Origin: Stegostoma tigrinum
Taxonomy: Eukaryota
NCBI RefSeq assembly: GCF_030684315.1
Contig: NC_081379.1
Coordinates: forward strand, 42,530,381-42,594,380
Length of the DNA stretch: 64,000 bases
Reading direction: 5' to 3'
The position numbers were made by a program, and so were the translations under genes. Under the pieces are notes generated by a model that made no database searches, was not told the DNA's origin, and worked only from the letters and a program-made list of their open reading frames with translations. Positions within the stretch are counted from its first letter, which is position 1. Each line of letters begins with the position of its first letter. Below, piece after piece: positions 12,620 to 23,846 of this stretch.

Positions 12620-14248
12620 TTGTTGAATACTGAGATACAGGCTATTAGACTAGACGGGATTGAGGTTCAGAAGGCAATTCTGAAAAGTGTGAAAACAGAT
12701 AAGTCCCCTGGGCTGGATGGGATTTATCCAAGGATTCTCTGGGAAGCTAGGGAGGAGATTGTAGACCCTTTGGCTTTGGTCTTTTTGTCATCAATGTCTA
12801 CAGGAAGAGTGCCAGAAGACTGGAGGATAGCAAATGTTGTCTCCTTGTTCAAGAAGCGGGGGAGGGACAACTCTGGTAATTATAGACCAGTGAGCCTTAC
12901 TTCAGTTGTGGGTAAAGTGTTGGAGAAAATTATAAGAGACAGGATTTATAATCATCTAGAACGGAACACTTTGATTAGGGATAGTCAACACGGTTTTGTG
13001 AAGGGTAGGTCATGCCTCACAAAACTTCTTGAGTTCTTTGAAAAGCTGAATAAACAGGTGAATGAGAGTAAAGTGGTTGATGTGGTGTATATGGATTTCA
13101 GTAAAGCTTTTGATAAGCTTCCCCATGGTAGGCTATTGCAGAAATATGGATCACGGGATTGAGAGTGATTTAGCAGTTTAGATCAGAAATTGGCTAGCTG
13201 TAAGAAGACAGAGGGTGGTGGTTGATGGGAAATGTTCATCCTGGAGTTCAGTTACTAGTGGTGTACCGCAAGGATCTGTTTTGGGGCCACTGCTGTTTGT
13301 CATTTTTATAAATGACCCAGATGCGGCCGTACAAGGATGGGTTAGTAAATTTGCGGATGACACTAAAGTTGTTCGAGTGAAGAGTGTGGAAGGATGTTGC
13401 AGGTTACAGAGGTACAGAGATAAGCTGCAGAGCTGGGCTGAGAGGTGGCAAATGGAGTTTAATGTGGAAAAGTGTGAGGTGATTCACTTTGGAAGGAGTA
13501 ACAGGAATACAGAGTACTGGGCTAATGGTAAGCTTCTTGGTAGTGTGGATGAGCAGAGAGATCTCGGTGTCCATGTGCATAGATCTCTGAAAGTTTCCAC
13601 CCAGGTTGATAGGGTTGTTAAGAAGTCATATGTTGTGTTAGGTTTTAATGGTAGATGGATTGAGTTTTGGAGCCATGAGGTCATGTTGCAGCTTGTCAAA
13701 ACTCTGGTGCGGCTGCACTTGGCGTATTTCATACAGTTCTGGTCGCCACATTATAGGAAGGATGTGGAAGCATTTGAAAGGGTGCAGAGGAGATTTACCA
13801 GGATGTTGCTTGGTTTGGAGGGAAGGTCTTATGAGGAAAGGCGGAAGGACTTGAGGATGTTTTCATTAGAGCGAAGAAGGTTAAGAGGTGACTTAATAGA
13901 GACATACAAAATGATTAGAGGATTAGATAGGGTGGACAACGAGAGCCTTTTTCCTCAGATGGTGATGGCTAGGATGAGGGGACATAGCTTTAAATTGAGG
14001 GGTGATAGATATAGGGCAGATGTCAGAGGTACACTCTTTACTCAGAGAGTAGTAGGGGTGTGGATTTCCCTGCCTGCAACAGTAGTAGACTCTCCAAGTT
14101 TAAGGGCATTTAAATCGTCATCGGATAAACATATGGATGATAATGGAATAGTGTAGGTTAGATGGGCTTCAGATTGTTTTCACAGGTCGGCGCAACATCG
14201 AGGGCTGAAGTGCCTGTACTGCGCTGTAATGTTCTATGTTCTATGTTC
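12620..14248 (+). mobile_element. CR1 LINE, 5'-truncated (RT part of ORF2 + 3' tail)
   Basis: KSPGLDGI, NYRPVSLTSVVGK, GVPQGSVLGP and FADD motifs. Frameshift near 13150. (TATGTTC)n tail. Confidence 0.93.
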
Positions 14249-15099
14249 CATGAAGTTCACAGTTGCTTCAACATCTGATTGACAGCTCAAACGCTGCAGC
14301 ATCTAACTTTCTCCTCTTCTGTCAGCTGGAAAGCGCTGATGATCTCTAGCTGTCATATGCTGAGACACCATTAGGTGGTAATATTCTATGGCATATGTCT
14401 GCCACATCAGGGAATGTTAAAGACTTCTTTGAAAATCCTGCGGTAAAATGTAAAATGTTTACAAAATACAAACCACGTAAATTACGTTTTGAAATTCAGA
14501 TTGTTTAATTGTTTACTTAAATATTTTGATATTTCATGAATTGTTCTCAACTTCATTGCTTAGACTTGGTCTGTGAAACCTCAGCTGCACCTAAACTGTG
14601 CTTTAGACCGCTTTCACACTGAATCAATAAGTAAAGATAGGACATTAGTACCGTCTTGTATATTTAAAAATTCATCATTATCTTATATCGGAGGTTCTAG
14701 ATTTCCTTCGTCAAACATCTAATGTGATTGTATGATCTCTATGTTTGCGCTCTTATTATTACCACTGCATCAATGAGCACAGTAATACACTTTAATCGTA
14801 GACAGCTGTTGAATTGTTATGCTAAACATTGCCACACATTACCATCACCGTCCACAGGTATCAGCCGTTTTTTTACGGGAACACATTGTACAACTACACA
14901 GTCATAGTGGAAACAAATGCTATCTCTGCACTGAGGACACCTCTGTGTTATGTGGTACTCTCACCATGCTAATTGCGATGGATTTTAAATCCTTCTGGCA
15001 ACTCAAGGCTGTGAGGTCATGAGACGTTATGTGCTTTCATCAGTAGCAAAATTGTATTCAACCATAATCTTTAACTTTTTGGTACAGCCCTAACTCACT

Positions 15100-15800
15100 C
15101 ATTACCATCAATTTTGGTTCAATGCAGCAAGTGCAAGACGATGACAAGATCAACAACAGGCATATAGTCTGGTGAAATTACAACACAGAATTATTTGCAT
15201 AACAACCAGCAGAAAGAGCATGTAATGGAGAAACCAAGGAATCACACACACAATGGATCACGTCCAAGCTCTGCAGTCCTGCCACAATCAATGGTGAATG
15301 GTGGTGGACTATTAAACAACGTAACCAACTGCTCAAATATTCCCAGCGTTATTGATGGGGGAGCCGAGCGCATCAGTGCAACAGACAAAGCTGAGGCACT
15401 TGCAACAATCTTCAGCCAGAAGTACCCCGTTGGTAATACATCTCAGCCCACTCCAAAGGTCTCCAGCATCACAGATTGCAGTCTTCAGCGACTTCAATTC
15501 ACTCCACTTGATATTAAGAAACGATTGATGGCACGGGATGTTGAAAAGATTATTGGCCCTGATAGCCTTTGGGCAATAGTATAGGAGACTTGTACCCTCG
15601 ACCAAGATGCGCCCAGACTCAAGCAATTCCAGAACTTTTGCGGTTCTGGCATTCGCCCAACAACGTGGACAATCGCTTGGTCCACAGAAATAAAACGATG
15701 AATCCAAGCCACCCATTACCACCCAAACAGTCTACTCTAAAGTCATCAGAAAAGTGATGGAATGCGTAGTCGGGCATTATCAAATGACCCCTGATTAGAA
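15100..15800 (+). mobile_element. Old CR1/L2-clade LINE remnant
   Basis: ISATDKAEALATIFSQK-like peptide, similar to the longer remnant at about 31660-33900. Confidence 0.6.
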
Positions 15801-15909
15801 TTAAGCTATATATTGTCGTTTGATTTCAGTTCATCTGGAAATTAGTAGTGGCTTTACCTTCGAGCCAGGAGGTTTATGTTCAACTTCCATTTGCTCCAGT
15901 GATGTTTAG

Positions 15910-16660
15910 TGAGATGTTAATGTGATAACATCCCATTGATTTATATACTTCTATAAATTAAAGTCTTTTATCTGCATTTGATTCCTACGCAGAGACTTTA
16001 GTTTATAGAAGTAAACTCTTATCTACCGACACATAGGTATGCAGGTACTGCCCTGAAGCTTCCTGCCCAGCTAGGAATTCAGTGTAAAGCTTTTGTAACT
16101 CCTTTTCTTATCACCCATCGGTATGCAGACACTGTCTTAAGCTTCCTGACTGAATTAAAATTAGAATCAAACTGTTTCAAATAAGGTTAGGTGGGGAAAA
16201 TTTGTAAAGGTGTGAAACCTCTAAAGCATGTAACTTCTGTCGCTGACAAAGGGGCCAGGGCACTGGTTCTGTTCTAGCCAGACACACTGGCAACTAAAAA
16301 TCAGAGTCTGTCCCGGACATCAACTGGAAATCGCCTCCTGCCATTAGCAGCTACTTCACTAGCAATCGATACTGTATGCTGGTCTTTCATGTTCTTGATG
16401 CAATACTTGTTTGGTATCCTGTCTTTGTCTGCTGTAGTAATTGTTTCATGAATCATGTCTTTTGTAAAGTATAAAAAGCGGGGACTGTCCGCTGCTCGGA
16501 GAGAATTACTTGCGAGACTCTGCACTCTGTGCCGGATTGAGTACAGTTATTCTCCACAGCTTGTACTTGCTTGGTGATAAAAGGATTTGTGTTTTTCGAA
16601 ACAGGTCAGTCTCTTGTTATTGCAGCAAGTCCGTGAGGGTCTCCGAAAACGAACCTGACA
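15910..16660 (+). mobile_element. Solo LTR of the same ERV family, inserted into a SINE-like sequence
   Basis: TGAGATGTTAATGTGATAACATCCC...GAACCTGACA matches both ends of 11385-12145. No internal genes adjacent and no clean TSD. Confidence 0.88.
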
Positions 16661-16899
16661 TTGTAACATCTATGCAGTGATTAGTTGGAATAGATTTTTA
16701 AAACGATCGGTTTCAGTTCGTGAGCGCGACGTAGATCCCTTCTTGTTGTAGCTGAGTCGCAAACATGGTCAACAGAACTCAACGCAAGAGGAAACGTGAA
16801 AGTACCTCTGATATGTCTGGCAACATTTGACCCAGTACGGCATCGAGTAGACTCAACAAGTCCAGAATTACGCAGAAAACTCATCTATTTTAGGTCATA

Positions 16900-17700
16900 T
16901 CTAGCACAAGGAAAGAAGGCTGCGTTGTTTGGCAGTAAATAGTCTCAATTCCAGACATTTCTGCAGGGGTTCCTCAGAGTACTGTTGTAGGCCCAAACAT
17001 TTGCAATTTCTTCATTAATGACCTCACTTCCATCATGAAGTCAAAAGTGTCGATGTTCAGTAATAATTTCACAATGTTCAACAGCTCACTCACGGCTTCT
17101 CAAATATGAAGTGTTGGCTGACCATATGTAGCAAGGCACAAACAACAAGGAACCAAATATAAGCGATAAATAACATTTACAGGGCAGAAGTGCCAGGGAG
17201 TGACATTTCCTGCTTAATCAATATTCTAGTGTGCCCAGAAACTGAACTGGAGAAACTACGGCTGCAAGAGTAATTCAGAAGTTCGGCAGCAAATAACTCA
17301 CCTGCTAACTCGTAAAATCTGTCAACCGTCTACAAGCGTGACGCAGGCATGTTGTGGAATGCTCTGCACTAGCGTGGAGAGCAAGAAGCTCCATACCATC
17401 CCGGAAAAGCAGCCCGTGTGATTGGCACTACATTCAGTCTCTCCAACATACACTCCCATCACCACAGTCGACCGGGCCGCTACCTACAAAATGCACTGCA
17501 GTAACCCAGCAAGTATCCTTCGTCAGCACCTTACAAACTGACACCTCCATCACCTAAAAGGTGATCTTATGTTTGGAAATACCATCACCTGCAAGGTGTT
17601 CTCTAAGTCACAGGCCATTGGACTTGGAATTATCTGTCACTGTATCAAAATCCTGAACTCCGTTCCGAATAGTGCCGTGAGTATACCTACATCCCTCGGC
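16900..17700 (+). mobile_element. Old LINE RT/3' remnant
   Basis: Degenerate GVPQ..VGP and YK..MEC motifs, similar to 32950-33900. Confidence 0.55.
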
Positions 17701-19214
17701 CCCATCCTTTTTTATCGCACCCCACAACACATAAAGAGCCTTGTATCAAGGAGATGTCTCTACAACAACTTGTCAAGAGAAATTGGGGACGTGATAAAGG
17801 TTGGCCTATTCACTGATGCCCCTCCACCCTGGAGTAAATTAGACGTAAAGGTACCAGCGGAGAACTGCAGAAATGCAAGCGTTTTATTCCTGCTCAGTAG
17901 AAACAACACACAGGACGCCTGCAGGCCAAACAGCCAAACGTTAGCAGTTGGGAAACGTTTGGAGACAGCGATTTGTCATAACATTAGCAGGCATGTGGCG
18001 AAATCAGGATTTATAAGTGAAATCTAGGGAGGATATATTAAAGGGAAATGGTGTTTAACAAGGTCGATTTTGTGAAACACTAAAGAAAGATTCTGAACAG
18101 TGAATATTCGGTGCTTTGTAACTGGAGTTATAAACGGACCATTTGATACACTACCACATAATAAGCATGTTAGCTAAGATGAAGTCATTTCTATTACATC
18201 GCCACTATTAAATATTTAGCTAAATGACAGAGATTGGTGAGCAGTTGTTCCCAGACTTGGGTTAGTATGTACTTTTCTTACTCCAAAAATCACTGATGAG
18301 GCCATTGCTCTCCTGTCATTATGGACTGTTGGCTTGGATATGCAGGCTTTTTTAAAAATTAGAGAAGACAGTAACTCGGAATTGTAGCAAACCTTGAGGA
18401 GAATGATCAGATATTTCAACAGGACATGAACAAACGCGGTTTTCCCATGGCAAATGAATTTTTACAAGCTGAGGTGAGAAGTAATTTCGATAATATAAAT
18501 TGTAAATGTAATTGCAATATAAATGTAAGTGAATGACTTCCACCATCCATCCTTTAGGACGATCAGTCCTGAACTAACTTCGCCTTCTTCCATATGAACA
18601 AGTAAAACCTACTTCAGTAACTTATTTTTCGCAAGGACCGCAATGGTCATTTGTCGATTACTACCCTCCGTTTTCGCGCTCCCTTATATTTTGGGGGCTT
18701 CTGAAATAAAGCATTTTCCATCTAATCTTTGTTCCTGGGTGTGCTGCATCTTTTGTTTCGTTGGATTCAATCCTTCTGGCATAATAGTAGATGGCTTTGA
18801 CATATCATTTTTACAAAAAAACACGTTGCATTCTCCTTTTTGAGTGCGAGCAGCAGCGGAGGCAAGACGGACCCGGAAGACTGCAGCTAAGGTAAAGCAG
18901 TTTATTTTTAAAATTACTTACCGGTAGCGGGCAGCGGTGTTTTTTTTTCCTCTTTCAGAGAAGGAGCGGGAGCATCAGAGGAAGTGACGAGGACCAGAGG
19001 GGCAGCCGGGAAGGAAAGCAGTGACCATATATATCAGCAAGGCGGCTTAACCCGAGACTCTACAACTGTAGTGTCTCCCACCCGCCGCCCTCCTCTAACT
19101 TAGTTAATAAGGTAAGGTTCATTCTAAACTTTCTCTATTGAACATAAGTTTGTTATTATTACTTGAAGTGAGCTTTCTGCTTTAGTATTGAGTGGGTGTT
19201 CAGATAAGTGGGGT

Positions 19215-20149
19215 ATGGATGCTAGGGCAGTTGCTTGCTCCTCCTGCAAAATGTGGCAGTTGGGAGATGTGGCACACGTCTCCGCTGGCTACATCTGCGG
19301 GAAGTGCACCCAGCTACAGCTCCTTGAAAACCGTGTTAGGGAAATGGAGCTGGAGCTGGATGAACTACGGATCATTCGGGAGGCAGAGGGGGTAATTGAG
19401 AGGAGTTATCGGGAGTTGGTCACTCCTAAGGCTCAGGACGAGGATAGATGGGTTACAGTTAGGGGGAGGAAAGGGGACAGACAGACAGTGCAGAGATCCC
19501 CTGTGGGCATTCCCCTCAGCAATAAGTATACCGTTTTGGATACTGCTGGGGGGGTTGACCTACCAGAGGAAAGCCATAGTAGTCAGTTCTCTGGCACTGA
19601 GCCTGACACTGTGGCAAAGAAGGGAAGGGGGCAGAATAGAAAAGTACTCGTGGTAGGGGACTCGATAGTTAGGGGAATCGACAGGAGATTTTGTGGGCAA
19701 GATCGGGATTCCCGGAAGGTATGTTGCCTCCCTGGTGCCAGGGTCCGGGACGTCTCCGATCGGGTGTATAAAGTTCTGAAAGGGGAGGGTGAACAGCCAG
19801 AAATCGTGTTACATATTGGCACAAATGATATAGCCAGAAATAGGTTTGAGGATATAAAAAGTGATTTCAGGGAGTTAGGATGGAAGCTGCAGAGCAGGAC
19901 GAACAGAGTAGTGTTCTCTGGTTTACTACCGGTGCCACGAGATAGCGAGGTGAGGAACAGGGAGCGGGCGCAGCTGAACACGTGGCTACGCAGCTGGTGT
20001 AGGAGGGAGGGTTTCAGATATGTTGATAATTGGGATGCCTTCTGGGAAGGTGGGACCTGTACAAGAAGGACGGGTTGCATCTGAACTGGAAGGGGACCAA
20101 TGTCCTGGGTGGAAGGTTTGCTCGAGTAGTTCGAGAGGGTTTAAACTAG
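19215..20149 (+). CDS. CR1 ORF1p: Cys zinc finger, coiled coil, SGNH/GDSL esterase domain (one-base frameshift at about 20045)
   Basis: MDARAVACSSCKMW..YICGKC, LENRVREMELELDEL, VVGDSIVRG, LHIGTND. Restoring one G in TCTGGGAAGG gives FWGRWDLYKKDGLHLN...EGLN* (TAG 20147-20149). Confidence 0.85.
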
Positions 20150-23038
20150 TATGGCAGGGGGGTGGGAACCTGAGCTGTATACCAGAGGTGAGCGTTGATG
20201 CAGGTGAGGCAGTAGCAAGAGGTAGACCAGCTAGTGGGAAGGATTTTCCTGGGAAGGAACCAAGGGATCGGTTAAAGTGTGTTTGCTTTAATGCAAGGAG
20301 TATCAGGAATAAAAGTGATGAACTTAGAGCATGGATCAGTACCTGGTGCTATGATGTTGTGGCCATAACAGAGACATGGGTTTCTCATGGGCTGGAATGG
20401 TTGCTCGATATTCCAGGGTTTAGAACATTTAAAAAGAATAGGGAGGGGGGAAAAAGAGGAGGGGGTGTAGCACTACTAATCAGAGAGGGTATCACAGCTA
20501 CAGAAGCTTCCATTGTCGAGGAAGATCTGCCTACTGAGTCAGTATGGGTGGAAATTAGGAGCAGCAAGGGAGTAGTCACCTCGTTAGGGGTTTACTACAG
20601 GCCCCCCAATAGCAGCAGGGAGATTGTAGAAAGCATAGGTCGACAGATTTTGGAAAAGTGTGGACGCAGTAGGGTTGTTGTAATGGGTGACTTTAACTTT
20701 CCTAATATTGATTGGAACCTCCTTCGAGCAGAAGATTTGAATGGAGCTGTTTTTGTAAGGTGTGTTCAGGAGGGTTTCCTAACGCAGTACGTTGACAGGC
20801 CGACGAGGGGAGAGGCCATTCTAGACTTGGTGCTCGGAAACGAGCCGGGGCAGGTATCAGATCTTGTGGTGGGAGAGCATTTTGGTGATAGTGACCATAA
20901 CACTCTCTCATTCTACATAGCTATGGAGAAGGAGAGGATTAGGCAGAATGGGAGGATATTTAATTGGGGAAGAGGAAACTATGATGCGATTAGACACGAG
21001 TTAGGAAGCATGGACTGGGAGCAGTTGTTCCATGGTAAGGGAACTATAGACATGTGGAGATGGTTTAAGGAACAGTTGTTGGGAGTGATGAGTAAATATG
21101 TCCCTCTGAGACAGGCAAGACGGGGTAAGATAAAGGAACCTTGGATGACGAGAGCGGTGGAGCTTCTAGTGAAAAGTAAGAAGGTAGCTTACATAAGGTG
21201 GAGGAAGCTAGGGTCAAGTTCAGCTAGAGAGGATTACATGCAGGCAAGGAAGGAGCTCAAAAATGGTCTGAGGAGAGCCAGGAGGGGGCACGAGAAAGGC
21301 TTGGCAGAAGGAATCCGGGAAAACACAAAGGCATTTTACACTTACGTGAGGAATAAGAGAATGGTCAAAGAAAGAGTAGGGCCGATCAGGGATAGCATAG
21401 GGAACTTGTGTGTGGAGCCTGAGGAGGTAGGGGAAGCCCTAAATGAGTTTTTTTGCTTCTGTCTTTACGAAAGAAACGACCTGTGTAGTGAATGAAACCT
21501 TTGAAGAGCAGGTGTGCATGCTGGAATGGATAGAGATAGAGGAAGCTGATGTACTGAAAATTTTGTCAAACATTAAGATTGACAAGTCGCCAGGCCCGGA
21601 TCAGATTTGTCCTCGGCTGCTTTGGGAAGCGAGAAATGCAATTGCTTCGCCACTTGCGAAGATCTTTGCATCCTCGCTCTCCACTGGAGTCGTACCTGAG
21701 GACTGGAGAGAGGCAAATGTAATTCCTCTCTTCAAGAAAGGAAATAGGGAAATCCCCGGCAATTATAGACCGGTAAGTCTCACGTCTGTCGTCTGCAAGG
21801 TGTTAGAAAGGATTCTGAGGGATAAGATTTATGACCATCTGGAAGAGCATGGCTTGATCAAATACAGTCAACACGGCTTTGTGAGGGGTAGGTCATGCCT
21901 TACAAACCTTATCGAGTTTTTTGAGGATGTGACTAGTAAGGTTGATGAGGGTCAAGCTGTGGATGTGGTGTATATGGACTTCAGTAAGGCATTTGATAAG
22001 GTTCCCCATGGAAGGCTCATTCAGAAGGTCAGGAGGAATGGGATACAGGGGAACTTAGCTGCTTGGATACAGAATTGGCTGGCCAACAGAAGACAGCGAG
22101 TGGTAGTAGAAGGAAAATATTCTGCCTGGAAGTCAGTGGTGAGTGGGGTTCCACAGGGCTCTGTCCTTGGGCCTCTACTGTTTGTAATTTTTATTAATGA
22201 CTTGGACGAGGGAATTGAAGGATGGGTCAGCAAGTTTGCAGACGACACAAAGGTCGGAGGTGTCGTTGACAGTGTAGAGGGCTGTTGTAGGCTGCAGCGG
22301 GACATTGACAGGATGCAGAGATGGGCTGAGAGGTGGCAGATGGAGTTCAACCTGGATAAATGCGAGGTGATGCATTTTGGAAGGTCGAATTTGAAAGCTG
22401 AGTACAGGATTAAGGATAGGATTCTTGGCAGCGTGGAGGAACAGAGGGATCTTGGTGTGCAGATACATAGATCCCTTAAAATGGCCACCCAAGTGGACAG
22501 GGTTGTTAAGAAAGCATATGGTGTTTTGGCTTTCATTAACAGGGGGATTGAGTTTAAGAGTCGTGAGATCTTGTTGCAGCTCTATAAAACTTTGGTTAGA
22601 CCGCACTTGGAATACTGCGTCCAGTTCTGGGCGCCCTATTATAGGAAAGATGTGGATGCTTTGGAGAGGGTTCAGAGGAGGTTTACCAGGATGCTGCCTG
22701 GACTGGAGGGCTTATCTTATGAAGAGAGGTTGACTGAGCTCGGTCTCTTTTCATTGGAGAAAAGGAGGAGGAGAGGGGACCTAATTGAGGTATACAAGAT
22801 AATGAGAGGCATAGATAGAGTCGATAGCCAGAGACTATTTCCCAGGGCAGAAATGGCTAGCACGAGGGGTCATAGTTTTAAGCTGGTTGGTGGAAAGTAT
22901 AGAGGGGATGTCAGAGGCAGGTTCTTTACGCAGAGAGTTGTGAGAGCATGGAATGCGTTGCCAGCAGCAGTTGTGGAAGCAAGGTCATTGGGGTCATTTA
23001 AGAGACTGCTGGACATGCATATGGTCACAGAAATTTGA
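20140..23038 (+). CDS. CR1 ORF2p: apurinic endonuclease + reverse transcriptase (one-base frameshift at about 21450)
   Basis: FNARSI, AITETW, YYRPP, MGDFN, SDHN (APE) and QGSVLGP, FADD (RT). ORFs 20020-21495 and 21443-23038 join across a T run. Confidence 0.88.
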
Positions 23039-23136
23039 GGGTGCATCCATGAGGATCAATGGTCGGCACAACATTGTGGGCTGAAGGGCCTGTTCTGTGC
23101 TGTACTGTTCTATGTTCTATGTTCTCTAACGCGCTT

Positions 23137-23203
23137 ATGCAAATCCAATTTGAGCCTGGCTGGGGTTGCTGTTGGCTGATATCACGTGGTTATAGGTTTG
23201 CAT
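23137..23203 (+). promoter_or_regulatory. Ig light-chain promoter elements: octamer ATGCAAAT (23137-23144), E-box CACGTG (23183-23188), variant octamer GTTTGCAT (23196-23203)
   Basis: Lies 105-170 bp upstream of the leader ATG. The homologous block in pseudogene 2 has CACGTG + perfect ATTTGCAT. Confidence 0.75.
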
Positions 23204-23307
23204 GAATCATTAAAATTCAGTGACATCGCCAGGTTTGTAGATACTTAACAGGAGGTTTGGAAAGATCCCAGAAGCTCGCTATTATGCCAGGCACTAGAAC
23301 CTTCACC

Positions 23308-23356
23308 ATGAATGAACGGGTTGGAGTTCTCGCCGCACTGATGCTCTGTCTCCACA
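23308..23356 (+). CDS. IGL: Ig lambda (type II) light chain gene 1, leader exon
   Basis: ACCATG start, MNERVGVLAALMLCLH, phase-1 donor GTAAGT at 23357. Confidence 0.88.
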
Positions 23357-23504
23357 GTAAGTAGGCATGTGAATATGCCCTATAGCTGCTTTTAACGTTG
23401 CTCCTTGTTGGTGTTGTCACTCTTGCGTTAACTGCCATGAGCTAAACTAAGACAATATTCGTAATTGCAACGTGTGATTGACCTCTGAGTTGTCGCTTCA
23501 CCAG

Positions 23505-23846
23505 GTGCATGCGGGGATCCTGCTCTGACTCAGCCAGGTTCCGTCTCAACATCCCCGGGGAAGACTGTGAAGATTACCTGTACCGTGTCCGGAGGAAGCA
23601 TCGGCAGCTACAGCACGAGCTGGTACTGGCAGAAACCCAGGAGTGCCCCGGTGTTGATTTGGGACGAGTACGATGAAACTGCTTCGGAAATTCCAGATCG
23701 ATTTACAGGGTCTGTGGACTCATCGAATAACAAGATGCATTTAACCATCACCAACGTACAGCCGGAGGATGCCACCGATTACTACTGCGCTGTAGCAAGT
23801 AGCGGAATAGCTACATTCGGGAAAGGAACCAAACTGAACCTGGGCG
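23505..23846 (+). CDS. IGL: Ig lambda (type II) light chain gene 1, germline-joined VJ exon, open
   Basis: Acceptor CCAG, DPALTQPGSVSTSPGKTVKITC..WYWQKP..DYYC AVASSGIAT FGKGTKLNLG, phase-1 donor GTAAGT at 23847. No RSS between V and J. Confidence 0.95.

Larger units (their letters stand above)
18840..23125 (+). mobile_element. Near full-length young CR1 LINE (5'UTR, ORF1, ORF2, 3' tail)
   Basis: GC-rich 5'UTR, ORF1 with zinc finger + esterase, ORF2 with APE + RT, (TGTTCTA)n tail ending about 23125. Only two apparent single-base frameshifts. Confidence 0.95.

Noticed and set aside
11385-16660. LTR pair enclosing a provirus
   Set aside because: The interval contains only LINE fragments, the first LTR is a 3' LTR, and the two LTRs are clearly diverged.
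17569-18027. 152-aa ORF (likewise 27012-27377, 51622-52152, 51998-52387)
   Set aside because: No recognisable domain or exon structure. They overlap decayed repeat sequence.
23505-23846. Processed (retrotransposed) Ig cDNA or a somatic B-cell rearrangement
   Set aside because: Introns and promoter are present, and two decayed neighbours are also joined, which fits germline joining.
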